Assembly: GCA_964016885.1 (NCBI GenBank)
Contig: OZ024746.1
Coordinates: 14,756,001-14,820,000 of the forward strand
Length of the DNA stretch: 64,000 nucleotides
From: Eledone cirrhosa
Lineage: Eukaryota
Direction: 5' to 3'
Shown here: positions 14,770 through 27,258 of the stretch, piece by piece
How positions within the stretch are numbered: the first letter of the stretch is position 1
Layout: every line of letters starts with the position of its first letter
The notes under the pieces: model-generated
Databases searched by the model: none
What the model was told of the DNA's origin: nothing
What the model saw: the letters and a program-made list of their open reading frames with translations, nothing else
Made by a program: the position numbers and the translations under genes

Positions 14770-15190
14770 ATCAGCAGTGGAGGAAGTTAGAGTAAGAACA
14801 GATAAGAACTTTAGGGAGGTAATACTTTGGCTGATAACAAAGGGTTTCTCTCAGAGTGAAGGGTAAGCTGTATGGTGCCTGCATGTGAACTGCAATGCTA
14901 AATGGCATTGAAACATGAGTCTTGATTGCAGAAGCTCTGCAAAGGCTAGAAAAAAAATGAAGCAAGTATGGTCTGGTGGATGTGTACATGAACAATGCAG
15001 CATAAGTGAACTAAAAGAAAACAATCATAAGAGGAATCCAATAAGGTGCAGATAAATCTCTGTGGATGGGACTCATTGAAGGAGTAGATCAAGGAAGATA
15101 TGGGATGAAGTAGTGAAGATCAACCTTAGTAAGCCGATCCTCACAACTGATGACTAAGGCCATGGTGACATGTGAGACAGGAGACCTGCC
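14770..15190 (+). mobile_element. RTE LINE 3' fragment
   Basis: Degenerate KGFSLRVKGKLYGAC..TAMLNGIET followed by PRKIWDEVVK-like sequence. Confidence 0.65.
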
Positions 15191-16476
15191 ACTAGTATAT
15201 TAAACAGAATGTGATCTGACCCATCCACCCTGGCTCTTTAGTAACTAATTCCATCATCAATGTAGTCCCTCCCTCTGAAATTCCATCATGCCAGTCATAA
15301 GTTTAGTAAATATTTTATCTACATTCAGGATCATCACTGTCAACTCTTCCCCTACACATTGCCCTTTTAAACCCCACCCCAACTGTCACATACCCAGAAC
15401 ATACTTGTCTCCCCTCTCTTACCTACTATCATCCTTCTTATCTCCCCTTCTCAAAATATGGCATACTCAGGACAAGTTGGTAGAGCTATTTAGCAAGAAA
15501 GGTTTTGTGCCTGAATAAAAGAGACACTGAGTGATGTAAAATATTCTATATGTCGAAAGTAAAACAATGAGTCAACAGGAATGAACTAACTATGATCTAA
15601 GTGACAAGAGAAAACAAATATTTAGATTTTATCAAATAAAATTTCAACCTAAATATCTGATATCCAACTATTTTCTCAATTCATTTGGATCATATTCAGT
15701 TAATTACTTGCCATTCACTGTTTATATTCTACATATAGCATCATCTCTCTTACACCATATAATGTGTATTTTGTTCAGGGAGCCCACACATTTGTTGTTG
15801 AAAGATGCAATGGATAGTTTTACATGGCCCACATGCTGAACTGCAGTAAAGATATATGACAGCTGAACTACAGTAAAGATATGAGACAGCTATACTGTAA
15901 AAAACTAAATTGAACATTTCTATTTCTATTTTATGTCTTATCTGAAAAATGAATCAATAGTGCAGCAGGTATAGTTTTCTAGTCACAAGTGTTGGGTCGT
16001 GACTAATTGAGACTCTAAATGGTCAAACACAAATCTGTGAAAAATTGTAAAATTGACAAATGTTTAGTTATTTGCAGTGCTTAGTTTAAATGTGAGATGG
16101 TCTTTGCTTGATGGACTGACCTTTGATACAGTATATGACAGCCAATTGTACACTGCTGTCCCTATGATCTAATGGACTGATCTATGATGCACTGCTATCC
16201 CTATGATCTAATGGACTGACCTTTGAAACAATATATTGTATACTGCTGTTCCTATGATCCAGTGAGTTGAGGAACACACTATCACCATCGTAATCATCAT
16301 TTAATGTCTATTTTCTATTCTACCTTTTACCATATTTTAAGTCACTCATCATTAAATCTAACTTTGATAGATTAAATATTAAAATAGATATAATTATTGT
16401 CCTAATACATTATAGTTTGTTTTGATTTCTATTTGTTATGTGATTATACTTCAAATCTAAAACGAGCAATGTTTAC

Positions 16477-16600
16477 CTTTGAAATACCTGAAGGTATATG
16501 CTCCCAGCAGAGTAAGACCATAGCCTGTGAGTCCAAGTAATGTCCACACAGAAGCTCGATGTAATCCATCATAGACTTGTGTTCTTGTCCATTGCTTCAT
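16477..16600 (-). CDS. COX14: COX14-like cytochrome c oxidase assembly factor, coding exon 1
   Basis: TTTTTCAG acceptor 3 nt before the ATG, GTAAAC donor. MKQWTRTQVYDGLHRASVWTLLGLTGYGLTLLGAYTFRYFK is a single TM helix with the D..H/Y.....GLT.YG......RYF pattern of COX14. Total protein 82 aa. Confidence 0.75.
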
Positions 16601-18399
16601 ATTCTGAAAAAATATACATAAAAAATATTTAATTTTCCAAGTTATAAAGTTATTCTGCCACTGCTTTCTCAGTTTTCTGACCAATGATTGAATATAGTAA
16701 AATAGAGGTAGGTAATATTTTGGTATAGAAATAACAAAAGTAATTGTAATAATTGTTTCTACTTTTGGCACAAGGCCAGCAATCATCCCAGCACATTACT
16801 GGTACTTCATTTTATCGACCCTGTAAGGATGAAAGGCAAAGTTAACCTCGGTTCTGTAATCATAAGAACTGATGCTGAAAATGGTAGATGGGAGGACAGT
16901 GAATTGCTTGGACAGATTTATTATTTTTAACAACAGCCACAACAGCTACAGTAAAAGCAACCCCAACAAAATAACCAGAAATATGTATTGATGAGTGTTT
17001 CAACAGTGAAACAGTATGCCCGTGAAATTAATGTGCAAGTAGCTGAGTATTCCACTGAAATGTGTACCCCTAATGTAGTTTTTTGGGGAGATTCAGCATG
17101 ACAGAGTACAATTTATATTTGCCAGCTGAGGAGACTGAAGCAAGGTGAAATAAAGTGTCTTGCTTAAGGACATGACATGAATTGAGCTCATGAGCTGAAT
17201 GCCCTAATCACTAAGCCATGCATCTTCACACTGGAGAGATACTGATAACAGAAACAACAGTGAGAGCAACAACCATTGAAACAACCCTCAACTCCACTTT
17301 CTGCAACTGGAGAATGAGGAGTCGAAGAATTTGTTCAAACACAATGACTAAAACTTTATGATAAACAACCTCTCCCAACTGTTATAAGCTGTCCACATAT
17401 CTGAATACTAGAAAAATCTATTGCTCATTCATAAGGACAAGAGACTCAGCACTTCTATTTTCGATGTTTGGAACCAAGATGCCACTGCACATTACCATTT
17501 GTGACATTAGATTTCTTATATATATATATATAAAGTGAATATAATTTAAGTTTTATATGGACCGAGGGAGTGGAAATAAGAACTTTAAGGCTTAGCATTT
17601 GTTACTTTTAAGATGTATATTATCATCCCTGACTGAGCAGTCAAATGATGTGGTACAACTCAGGGATTCATCTTGTTCTTCCTATGTCTCCACCTAACTG
17701 ATCACCATACTGCCCATTCTGAACTATGGGATGCAGTGTGACAGTTTGGATATGTTACCAAGTCTATTACTGTATGTCTGTAAAACTCAGAGTGTGACAG
17801 TTACTTCTTGTTTGTGGTATCCCAGCACAGTATTTAGAGCCAATGAGTCTATTGATGTAACTATTTCTGAGTGTGTATTTTTGATGTTTGTCTAGTTTAA
17901 GTGGGAAACATTGTGTTTTTAGGATGGTGTTTTGGGGTGTTGTACATGTATCGGGACTGTGGAGACCGGGTTTTGTTAATAAACTTTACATATTTCAAGT
18001 GTCCTTTCAATTTTTAGTATTTTTGTTTTGTTGAGTCTGCATACAATCTGTAAAGATGGGCAGTGTATTGTTTTGTGTGCTTTGAAGTTAGTAGAAAAAT
18101 TGAGATTATTGTAGGACTGGCAGAGTCCATAGTAGAGTGCAATGCATTCCTCTCTAATTGTTGTTTCTTTAGTTGTAGATACACAATATCTGAAAATAGA
18201 TGGATCAGTAACACCAGGATCAAAGGTCTGCTCGTTTAAGGCTGACCTAGGGCTAAACAACAGAATGGAATAAAATAAAACTTGGATTTTGAAAAACTAT
18301 GTTAACTTATTGTAAGCTGCCACAAGCTGGGTAGAAACTCTGCCCACTTTTCCCATCTCCGAGTGCTTATAAACCCAACATGCTCTAATATTTGGGAGT

Positions 18400-18620
18400 T
18401 AAACCAGCAGGCCGCTGACCACAAGGTTCCTCTCTTCACTGGCGGCTCGCCTAATAGAGGTAACTGGCGAATCTCGCGAGGGCGTTTGGTTGTTCCAGCG
18501 CATTAATCTTGCCATCACCCGAGGCCACGCTGCGAGTGTGCTGGCTTGCCCGGTACACCTCGCGACGTTGCTGTCTTTTGCTCTGGGTTTGGCTTGGTTG
18601 TTTACCCCTTCCTTTACATT
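18400..18620 (+). mobile_element. CRE-clade retrotransposon C-terminal fragment
   Basis: GC-rich patch encoding ESREGVWLFQRINLAITRGHAASVLAC, matching the CRE LFQR.SIAIQRGNAASV motif. Confidence 0.7.
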
Positions 18621-18965
18621 TTCTTTAATATTGAAACATTAAAAGAATATATCTTTCTGAAAGAATCACGAGCAATTTATGTTATCTAAGCATTTGTAAT
18701 GTTATTTATGTGTAGATTTATTTATATGCTCTATAATAAAAATGTTACATTACAACCAGCGTTGGGGAAGATTACAATAAGTTTATATATATATAAGGAA
18801 TATATCGATGTTGTATTTGCAGGAATGCAACAAGAGTCGACCTATCTGGATTAACCTGATCAACCCTCAATTCGTTGTTCCAGGGTGGCAATTAATTAAT
18901 TATTCAATGTTGAAGGGTTTGTGAAGAAAGGCAAGGACAATGTGTAAACCCTATACCAAAGATAA

Positions 18966-19160
18966 TAATTGTTTTACTTTAGGCACAAGGCCAGCAATTT
19001 GAAGGGGAGGGGAAAGTCGATTAAATCGACCCAGTGCATTACTGGTATTTTATTTATCGACCCCCGTAAAAGATGAAGGCAAAGCTAACCTCAGCGAAAT
19101 TTGAACTCAGAACGTAAAGAATGCAAAGCATCGCGTTTGGCGCTCTACCGCTTTTCTAAT
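18966..19160 (-). mobile_element. tRNA-derived SINE (family A)
   Basis: Reverse complement of the 38270-38460 family (GAGTTCAAAT B-box-like, TTTGCCTT.CATC core, GCTGGCCTTGTGCCTAAA tail). Confidence 0.8.
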
Positions 19161-19994
19161 AAAATAATATCAAATAACCGGTTAACTACTACTATCTTAT
19201 CACTTTATTTCCCTCATTCACACACACATACTCATGAGCCTCTTATTGCCTCGTCAGGCCCAAGTAACTTCTTAAGTGTGGGGCCACAATAAAATACTCA
19301 GTACACTCTGTTAAGTGGTTGATGTTAGGAATGGTCTCAGGTTGTAGAAACCATGCTACATGCCAAAACTGGAACGTACGAGAGACGTGACCCTTCCAAC
19401 ACACCTAGGAGTGCAATAACTGCAAATAAGAATTAACTCAGATTCTAATAATCTATTTAACTCATGCCTGTATGATAATCTTTCTTCCTCTTTCGTCCTC
19501 GGGTTTACGAAGCATATAAAAGAGAAACATTTATAAAACGTGTTATTGAAGAATTAATTTCACCAATAATCACGTGCTTCTGTCAATTTTCTTGTTTAAA
19601 GTTAATATTATCGTTTTAATGTTACACCTGAGAGGTGTGGTATATATCACAACGAAATACTATCTTTTTTACAATAAATTTACTTATGAAAATAGTATTT
19701 TACCTCAATTTTGAACAACTGCTTTCGTCTACTTTTGTTTATTTTGACCTTCAAACCGCCTCTTCGTAAAGCAACGTAGCTAAATATTTCTAAACAAATA
19801 TTTATTTATAGATATAATAAAGTATATTGAAAATCGCGACACTAATAATTTTTTATTTATAAATTATATTTAAATTATTATTTTTTATTATATATTAATT
19901 TTATATATTTGATTATTCGTATAAAGTATTTGGAGTTATCCTCTCACCTTTTCTGAAGTAGTTCATACTAATACATTTATTTTTATATATAAAA

Positions 19995-20170
19995 AATGGT
20001 TTCTGATTTAGGCACAGGGTCAACAATTCTGGGGAGAGAGTATCGATTAAATCGACCTCAGTGTATTAGTGGTACTTTATTTTATCCACACCTTGAGGAC
20101 GAAAGGGAAAGCTAACCTCGACGGGATTTGAACACCGAACGGGAAGGGCTGTAACTCTATGCCGCAAAAA
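19995..20170 (-). mobile_element. tRNA-derived SINE (family A) within the COX14/ERICH2 intergenic region
   Basis: Same core and tail as 38270-38460, reverse orientation. Confidence 0.75.
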
Positions 20171-20196
20171 TGAAGAGGGGGCGTTAAAAGTAAATG

Positions 20197-20220
20197 TGTT
20201 TATTCTGTTGTTATGACAAC
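20197..20220 (+). promoter_or_regulatory. RFX X-box with adjacent forkhead-like site, putative ERICH2 promoter
   Basis: GTTGTTATGACAAC at 20207-20220 (14-bp near-palindrome; consensus GTTGYCATGRCAAC). TGTTTAT immediately upstream; candidate donor GTAAAT at 20275. Confidence 0.55.
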
Positions 20221-21324
20221 CTTATCATTCGTGGTATCATCGGGTATATTTTTATATTATTCAGCCTGTTGTGGGTAAATGTAATTTCTCATTTATTATA
20301 ATGCCATCGTCATAATTCTTTCTGTTATCGAAAATAAGAACACGGATTCTATAATAACATTCACAACACTCCCAGATGTATTCTACACTTAGATGTCTTT
20401 ATAATATTTAACACAAAATATTAAATGCCGTGTTTTATTTTCTGTCAGAATACTTCCCCAAAATTTGTCAGTGCCCTCAAATTATATAATTCTAATCTGT
20501 AACACTTCTAGATTTTCTTTCAGACCCTTTGAAAACCTCCTTTTTTCATGTTACGAATAGCAAGCGTTATAGGTTAGTGGCAGGCTTGTGCATTCAGTTA
20601 AATGGTTCTATTTTGTACAGACTTCTAACATACTTAAAATAATTCTCTGAGGACTGGGTTGATACTCTGCCAGTGGCTAACATCGGTGGTCTACTCAGTC
20701 TGGATGAGCTCTACATTTCCATTGCTTTTAGAGTGAGAGTCGATGTGTGGAATTGAAAATTTATTGTGGGAAGTTAACAGGTCTTCATGGGTTATCTTAT
20801 TGCCTGAATGCAGGTTACTTCCCTCACTATACTTGTTTTGTTTTTCATCTTTCAGAGTGTCTAATTAGAGAGTTGGTTTGGATGCTACTAAAATCAAACA
20901 AGAACAAGTTGGTGTTGTTAAACTGAGTGACAAATTGGAAATCCTAAAAAATCAGAATGAGTTCTGCCATAGCTATTATCCTTATATAATGATAAAAAAA
21001 TAAAGTTTTATGATGGTATACAAGTAGCATGATAAAACAAAAATATTCCATAGTTTAAAAATGTTCTATATGAATTGCCCTTATTCTTGGAAGGGAGAAA
21101 ATCCTGTTTGGAATTTCAAAATTCAAAGCAGACTGATCAGATGTTTCCAGCCTTAACAAGTATTAGAATAGCAAGAAAATAACTGACTCTTCTGCATTTG
21201 TTTATATTAATGAATTACTGCATGTTATCTAACTATACATTGTTCATCTTATTATTACTACAGTTATCTACCTTGAGGGACTGACCTGTCTTGCTCTTAT
21301 ATTATAATCTCTAGACACTCACAA

Positions 21325-21745
21325 GATTATTAACCATCTTTCCAACAACAACCCTGGGTACTTTTTTGAATTCCATGTGTCTAACACCCATGGACATGCT
21401 TACAAAATCTGAAAACTGTGAAGCTACCCTGACTTTTGGAAACATTTTTTCACGCTCAGAGTTGCTGAAGCATGGAACAAATTACCTGCATCAGTTGTTA
21501 GCTTTCAGTACACTGCATCCTTAAAAACTTCCATGCTTTCCGAAATTCACCAACATTACATCTCATATTCCCCTTCCATACACACGCACGCATGTATGTG
21601 TATGTCTGTGTGTGTGTGTGCATCATGACTCATACACAGTTCACTTTTCTGACATTTGTACACTATTCTATGTACTATACATGCATCTTTGATGAGTTGT
21701 AGTGCACCTGAGCACTGTACACAATAATTTTCATTATTCTCATTA
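21325..21745 (+). mobile_element. CR1-type LINE 3' end
   Basis: Near match to the reverse complement of 34785-35140 (TTCACGCTCAGAGTTGCTGAAGCATGGAACAAA ... GTTGTAGTGCACCTGAGCAC ... ATT tail). Confidence 0.85.
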
Positions 21746-21947
21746 TTTAAATAATCATTTTTATCATTGACTATGTTGAAGTAGATAGTTATTTTAGTTG
21801 CTTTAGTTGCTTAAATTTTCTCCTCATGTTAGAATAGTTTAATTTACTAGACTTACCAGTATTTAAAATTTTATAAATTTTTGTGTATTTATTTCAGGAG
21901 TTTTACCCTAACTTCCAACATTTGATTGTTTTACAATTGAGACAAAA

Positions 21948-21980
21948 ATGCAAAATGTTCCAAATCAATTAATTATGGAG
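21948..21980 (+). CDS. ERICH2: ERICH2-like, first coding exon (exon acceptor at 21896-21897)
   Basis: MQNVPNQLIME then GTAAAA donor. In-frame TAA at 21909-21911 upstream of the ATG. Confidence 0.65.
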
Positions 21981-22194
21981 GTAAAATATTAAAATATTAA
22001 TATTAAATAATCAATATCAAATCACTGTAGTATTCAAAAGTTGCAATAAGACTGGCACTTTGATATTTCAATTTTTGATAAGACAAACCATATAGTTAGG
22101 TATTGTTATATAATCTTGAAATATAAGTATTAAACAAATGTTACATTGATCTCTCTCCTCTGATATTATATATATATGTATTATATATATGTCA

Positions 22195-22735
22195 TTGTTT
22201 TTACAACCTCTTTTCCATGCTTGCATGGGTTGGATGGAGCCTTTTTAGCACAGCCTCTTTCCACTTGTCGCATTCCTTTGTCATCTCCTCTGTGAATCTC
22301 AGTGATATGAGATCAGCTCTCACCACCTCCGCTAAGGTCTTCCTTGGTTTTTCTCTACTGTGGCTTCCTACCACTGGCATTTCCTGGCACGTCTTCACCC
22401 AGCGATCGTCATCTGTGTACATCACATGTCCAAACCAATGCAATCTTCTCTCTTGCACACTACTTCAGATTCCTCTAAAATCCAGTTTCTCCCTCAGTTC
22501 ATCCAAACTCTGTCTTTCTCTGACATTTACATTGCACATCCAATGAATCATGGTAGCTTTATTTCTCTCCAGTCTATGTATGTTCTCTACCATGCAGTAG
22601 CGCACTTCACACACAGGCATCATACATGTTCTTTTGTATGTAGCTCTCTAAACTTCTTCCATCCTATCCTTAGTCTAGCTATTATACCCTCGGAGCACCC
22701 TCTTCCACTGCTAATTAGGTCACCTAGATAGCAGA
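22195..22735 (-). mobile_element. RTE LINE 3' fragment
   Basis: QERRLHWFGHVM...REKPRKTLAEVVRADL and FCYLGD-like motifs; tail ACCCATGCAAGCATGGAAAA. Confidence 0.85.
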
Positions 22736-22849
22736 AGCTATATATATATATATATCCGACCTTACACACTTGCACCTCTCTAAGACAATGTCACCGGACC
22801 GAGATCTTTGGCACCATGCAGTAATACAGAAGACCTGCCTTGTCTATGT

Positions 22850-23270
22850 ACAAAGCGAAACCTACAGTCATTAAGTAGGCACCTCTTAACCAAATATACA
22901 CCCCAACTCACTACCCCTACTCCATCCGCTCTCTCCCACCAAAACCACCCTTTCTCTGTAAAGTTATGTTGGTACGTACCACAACATCCAGTCCAAACTA
23001 ATGAGGTCATGTAGGTGTCATGACAAAAAAACACACAGTCCATGTTGTAATGTGGCCATGTAGGTAACATGGTAAAATGTTCCCAGCCCGCACTGTAAAT
23101 GTGGTTGGTGTTAGGAAGGACATCCAGCCGTAGAAAACCTGCCAGACAGTCCTATACGAGCGAGACACGGTCAACCGACCAATCTTGCCTCAAGTGGGAC
23201 AACTGCTGTCTAACCCATGCTAGCGTGGAAGATAGACATTAAACGATGATGATGATGATGATGATGATAC
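22850..23270 (+). mobile_element. SINE with RTE-type tail (family B)
   Basis: Highly similar to 51260-51565 and the reverse of 10225-10600; ends in (GAT)n. Confidence 0.8.
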
Positions 23271-23494
23271 ACACATATATGTATTAAAAAAAATATGTGC
23301 AAAGACAGGAAAATGAACAAATACAGACATCAGTCAACCGCTAGATACATGTTTTTTTTTTGTGCTTTAAATAAACATACACAGACACACATAAGATTCT
23401 AATTAATCTACAAAAAGAATAATTAAAAAAGTTAATGAATATGGTAAACAATGTACATATTTGTTCTCTAATTTTTCATATGTCTTTTTTCTAG

Positions 23495-23552
23495 TTTCTT
23501 GGATGCCTTATGAATAAAGACTTTAAGAATGCAGATAAATTATGTGAAATGA
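23495..23552 (+). CDS. ERICH2: ERICH2-like coding exon 2
   Basis: TTTTCTAG acceptor and GTAAGT donor. FLGCLMNKDFKNADKLCEM resembles ERICH2 EFL...M...Y..A.KLCQM. Confidence 0.8.
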
Positions 23553-24324
23553 GTAAGTACAAGACTAATTGTTTTCTTATTCAGATATAGATATCTAAAA
23601 AAAAATAGTTGTATTTTAATATTTTTCTGTGGAAGATGGACGTTAAACGATGATGATGATGATGATTCTTATAAACACAATTTTATAAAGCAGTTTCTAC
23701 CATTTTGACTGAGTAATAGACATGCTTAGGTCAATAGATCAATAATATGCAATCACATCACTAGATCAATCTTCAGGCTTGTGTTTTTCTCAACATGAGT
23801 TACTCCATTGTTTTTGGAATCACTGAATAATTTTCTGTATTTGGTAACTCATGTAACCTTTTATTGTGGAGAACTTTAATAGTAAGGGGTTGCTATCACC
23901 ATTTCACCATCACTATTTCACTGTTGTCATTTTGTTGTTGTTGTTTTACCATTGCACTGTAATGTGATAAAAAAAAATATTAGCAAAACATGATATTTAG
24001 ATAAGTTGTAAAATACAACTGATTTTAATCCTTAGAAAAATACAAGGTGTTGTATGCCGAATTCACATAGCATTAGGAAATTCTTCTTCTTCTTCTTCTT
24101 CTTCTTCTTCTTCTTCTTCTTCTTCTTCTTCGCCTCCTCCTCCTCCTCCTCCATCGCACCACCCCACCCCAATAATTTTTATACGCTTTCATTTCTTACA
24201 CACACACAAAGATTTTTTTTTAATGGATCAAACAATAACGAAACTACTTTAAAGAAATAGCATTTCTAAAAATTTGTTCAATTTTATTTGTTTACCTTTT
24301 TGTTTTGTTTTTATTTTTTATCAG

Positions 24325-24396
24325 TTCTTATCTATAACCCAAATCACAAAGATGCTCTCCAGTTCCAGCCATTACTAAAGGAAATGATTTCTAGAA
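24325..24396 (+). CDS. ERICH2: ERICH2-like coding exon 3
   Basis: TATCAG acceptor and GTATGT donor. ILIYNPNHKDALQFQPLLKEMISR resembles ERICH2 ILIYEPEN.EA.EF..LIEEM. Confidence 0.8.
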
Positions 24397-25272
24397 GTAT
24401 GTATACAATCATTGAGAGATTTGTGTTTAATCTGACATTGCTGTAAAATGTTCAGAAATAAATAACTAAAAGAGTAGAAACTAGTGTGAAGAAAATTAGA
24501 AACCTATCATTACTCTGTGTTAAAGTCAAGGGAATCTGATAAAATTCATTTCTCCTGGTTTTTTACGATAGCTACGAATTATAACTACAATGTAACAACT
24601 GTGGTGAAAATGACTTTATTTCTCCTGGTTTTTTACTATAGCTAGGAATTATAACTACAATGTAATAAATGTGGTGAAAATGACTTTATTTCTCCTGTTT
24701 TTTTTACTATAGCTATGTATTGTAGCTACAAAGTGGTGAAAATGACATTTTAAAATGCTGGATTGTGAAACAGAAAAATAAATCTTTCTGCAAGTATGAT
24801 GTGTTTGTGTGATAAAATAAAAAGAACAGATAGAAGGATGAAAGAAGACAAGTGAAAATAAGAGACAATGATTTTCATTTAACTTTATCATAGTTATGAT
24901 TAGCTTTCTATTTAGAATAGATACCACAGCTTGGGGTCCACTATCCTGTTATTTTCTTTTCTTTGTCTAAAATATTTATGTTTGATGGTTAATACATTCA
25001 TGTCTATATATATCCTCTCAATACCTGATGACAAGGCCCATACTTTAGACATGGTTAACAAAATATACAACTAACTTTCAGAAGTTCCCATTAGTGCTGT
25101 CTTAGCTGATAGGCTTTCAAAGTTCAAATTCACAGACACTTATTGTCACACTCAACATTGGAAATGCAGTGAACCAGTGGTTAGCTTATTGAAACACTAT
25201 TTTAGAACAGAAATTTCATAATTATATGTGTTTAAATATATGTATATTTGACCAGAATGTGTTAATTTTCAG

Positions 25273-25364
25273 ATGAAAGCAGCAGTAACAGCAGTAGTGA
25301 CAGCAGCAGTGATAGTAGCAGCGATAGTAATTCTGACTGTGACAGTTCAGACAATGAAGGATAA
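25273..25364 (+). CDS. ERICH2: ERICH2-like last coding exon (Ser/Asp-rich tail)
   Basis: TTTTCAG acceptor, phase 1, NESSSNSSSDSSSDSSSDSNSDCDSSDNEG-stop. AATAAA at ~25432 and ~25449. Confidence 0.75.
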
Positions 25365-26199
25365 ATTGAAATATGCAAACATGAATCAAACAAGATTTGA
25401 AGAGTGGGACTTATTTTACAAAATATCTCATAATAAATTGAACACCAAAATAAATAAGTGACTTGTAAATTTCTATTAAAATGTTAAATTAAAGTTGTTT
25501 TTATTACTGTTGTGGATGTCTTTGCTATTTGTCTGTTTTTGAAGTGTTAGAATATTGTTGGTTGCTCTTGTATTATAACACAACAGTCATTCAAACAACT
25601 AGGCATGACCCATAGATCTGTTGTTCCAGGTATATAATGTATGTATGGTCCCATAACTCCTGATAGAGTCATAGGGACACTGTATTGACGTACAGCGTTT
25701 CTTGCACAGTTTTCTTCCAGAGAAAGATAGAAAGTGAGAGAGAGGAAATGAGAAAGAGATATAAAGGAAGAATTAACTCCAGTACTAGACTGGTACTTTT
25801 TTTGACTTGAAAAGGATGAAAGGCAAAGTTGAGCATAGCAGGATTTGAACTCAGAGAGCAGATAGCACTAATGAATACCGTAAAGCATTCTATGCAATGT
25901 TCTATCAGGTATATAATACCTAAATAAGAACTATACTGTAGACTTTGACAAGCAATGATGAATCATATGGAGTGTAATGTGACAGCTTGGACATATTCTG
26001 ACTACCAACCTGCCTATTTCTATATGCTGGTCATGGCCATAATAGGGGAAGATAATGTAGATTTGATGGGACAGTGACAGTTGATGTTCTCCTGCATTTG
26101 TTACTGAGGTTAAAATATTGTTTAGCACCACAAGATATATTGAAGCAAATTATCTGTTTTAGGAAAATAATTTCTCTCAAAGAAGCCTGCACAGTGCAC

Positions 26200-26835
26200 T
26201 TTACATGTGAATGGTGTTCCACTGAAGCAGGTGGAGAAGTTCAAGTATCTCGGGGCTATGTTCATGAGTGATGGAAAGCAGGAGATTGAATTAAGTGCAA
26301 GGATTGCAGGAGCTGGTGCAGTAATGTGCCAGCTTCAGCATTTGGTAATCAGAAGAAGGGAGGTAGGTGTAAAAGCCAAGCCTGCTATCTTCAATTCGGT
26401 ATTTGTGCCAACCCTTATGAATCTTGGGTAATGACTGAAAGAATACGATTGCAAATACAAGCGGCCTAAATGGGGTTCCTCCAAGGTTCTTTGGAGTAAT
26501 GTTACTCAATAGAGTGCATAGATCAGAGATTCACCCCAGGTAGAGCTGCTACTTCTCATAAATTGAGAGATTATAACTCTGATACTATGGGCACGAGGTC
26601 AGAATGTCACAGGAAAGAATTGCTGGATAGATTTTACGGACAAAACCAACCGACAGGAGACCCAGGAGCAAACCCTGAACAAGATGATTGGATAACATCG
26701 ATGAGTTCCTCACTTGGGGATCCAGCTGGATCATTTGGAAACGATTGCTTCGGACAGGATTCACTGGAAGGAGTGATTGAGGACTCTGCTCCCACATCCC
26801 TCTCAGGAATAAGTGGGCAAAGAAGAATTTCTTAA
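26200..26835 (+). mobile_element. RTE-clade LINE 3' fragment
   Basis: NGVPLKQVEKFKYLG...ELSARIAGAGAVM...AIFNSVFVPTL, then degenerate L.YYGH and RP..RW motifs, with a GAA-type tail. Confidence 0.85.
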
Positions 26836-27218
26836 AGGAAAAGGTTTTAAGTTTCCTGCAATTTTGTTCTGCCATGTAATGTGGTTCTCATTAATTTTCT
26901 GAAAATCAACTTCATTTCAATGCTACAACAACAACAACTACTACTACTACTACTGATGCTGCTACTGCTGCAAGAGAGAGAGAGAATATATAGGAGAGAG
27001 GAGATGCAAAATCGTCTCTTTCTTTTCTTGATTTTTTTTCTTTTATACAAAATGGCAACCGAAATTTACATCTTGATGACAGGTACATCCAAAACCATTT
27101 CTGTTATAAAATAAAAATGGCCATACTCTATTAACGTATTGAGTACCTTTTTTTACTGAGGTCACCTCCCCATTTACACCGGGAATCCACTTGTAATATA
27201 TATATATACACACACAGG

Positions 27219-27258
<40 letters not shown>

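Noticed and set aside
17640-18260. Minus-strand ORFs that might be a retroelement relic
   Set aside because: No clear RT or endonuclease motif; too degenerate to classify.
25273-25461. ORF MKAAVTAVVTAAVIVAA... resembling a signal peptide
   Set aside because: It is an alternative frame of the ERICH2 last exon; the splice phase supports the Ser/Asp frame.
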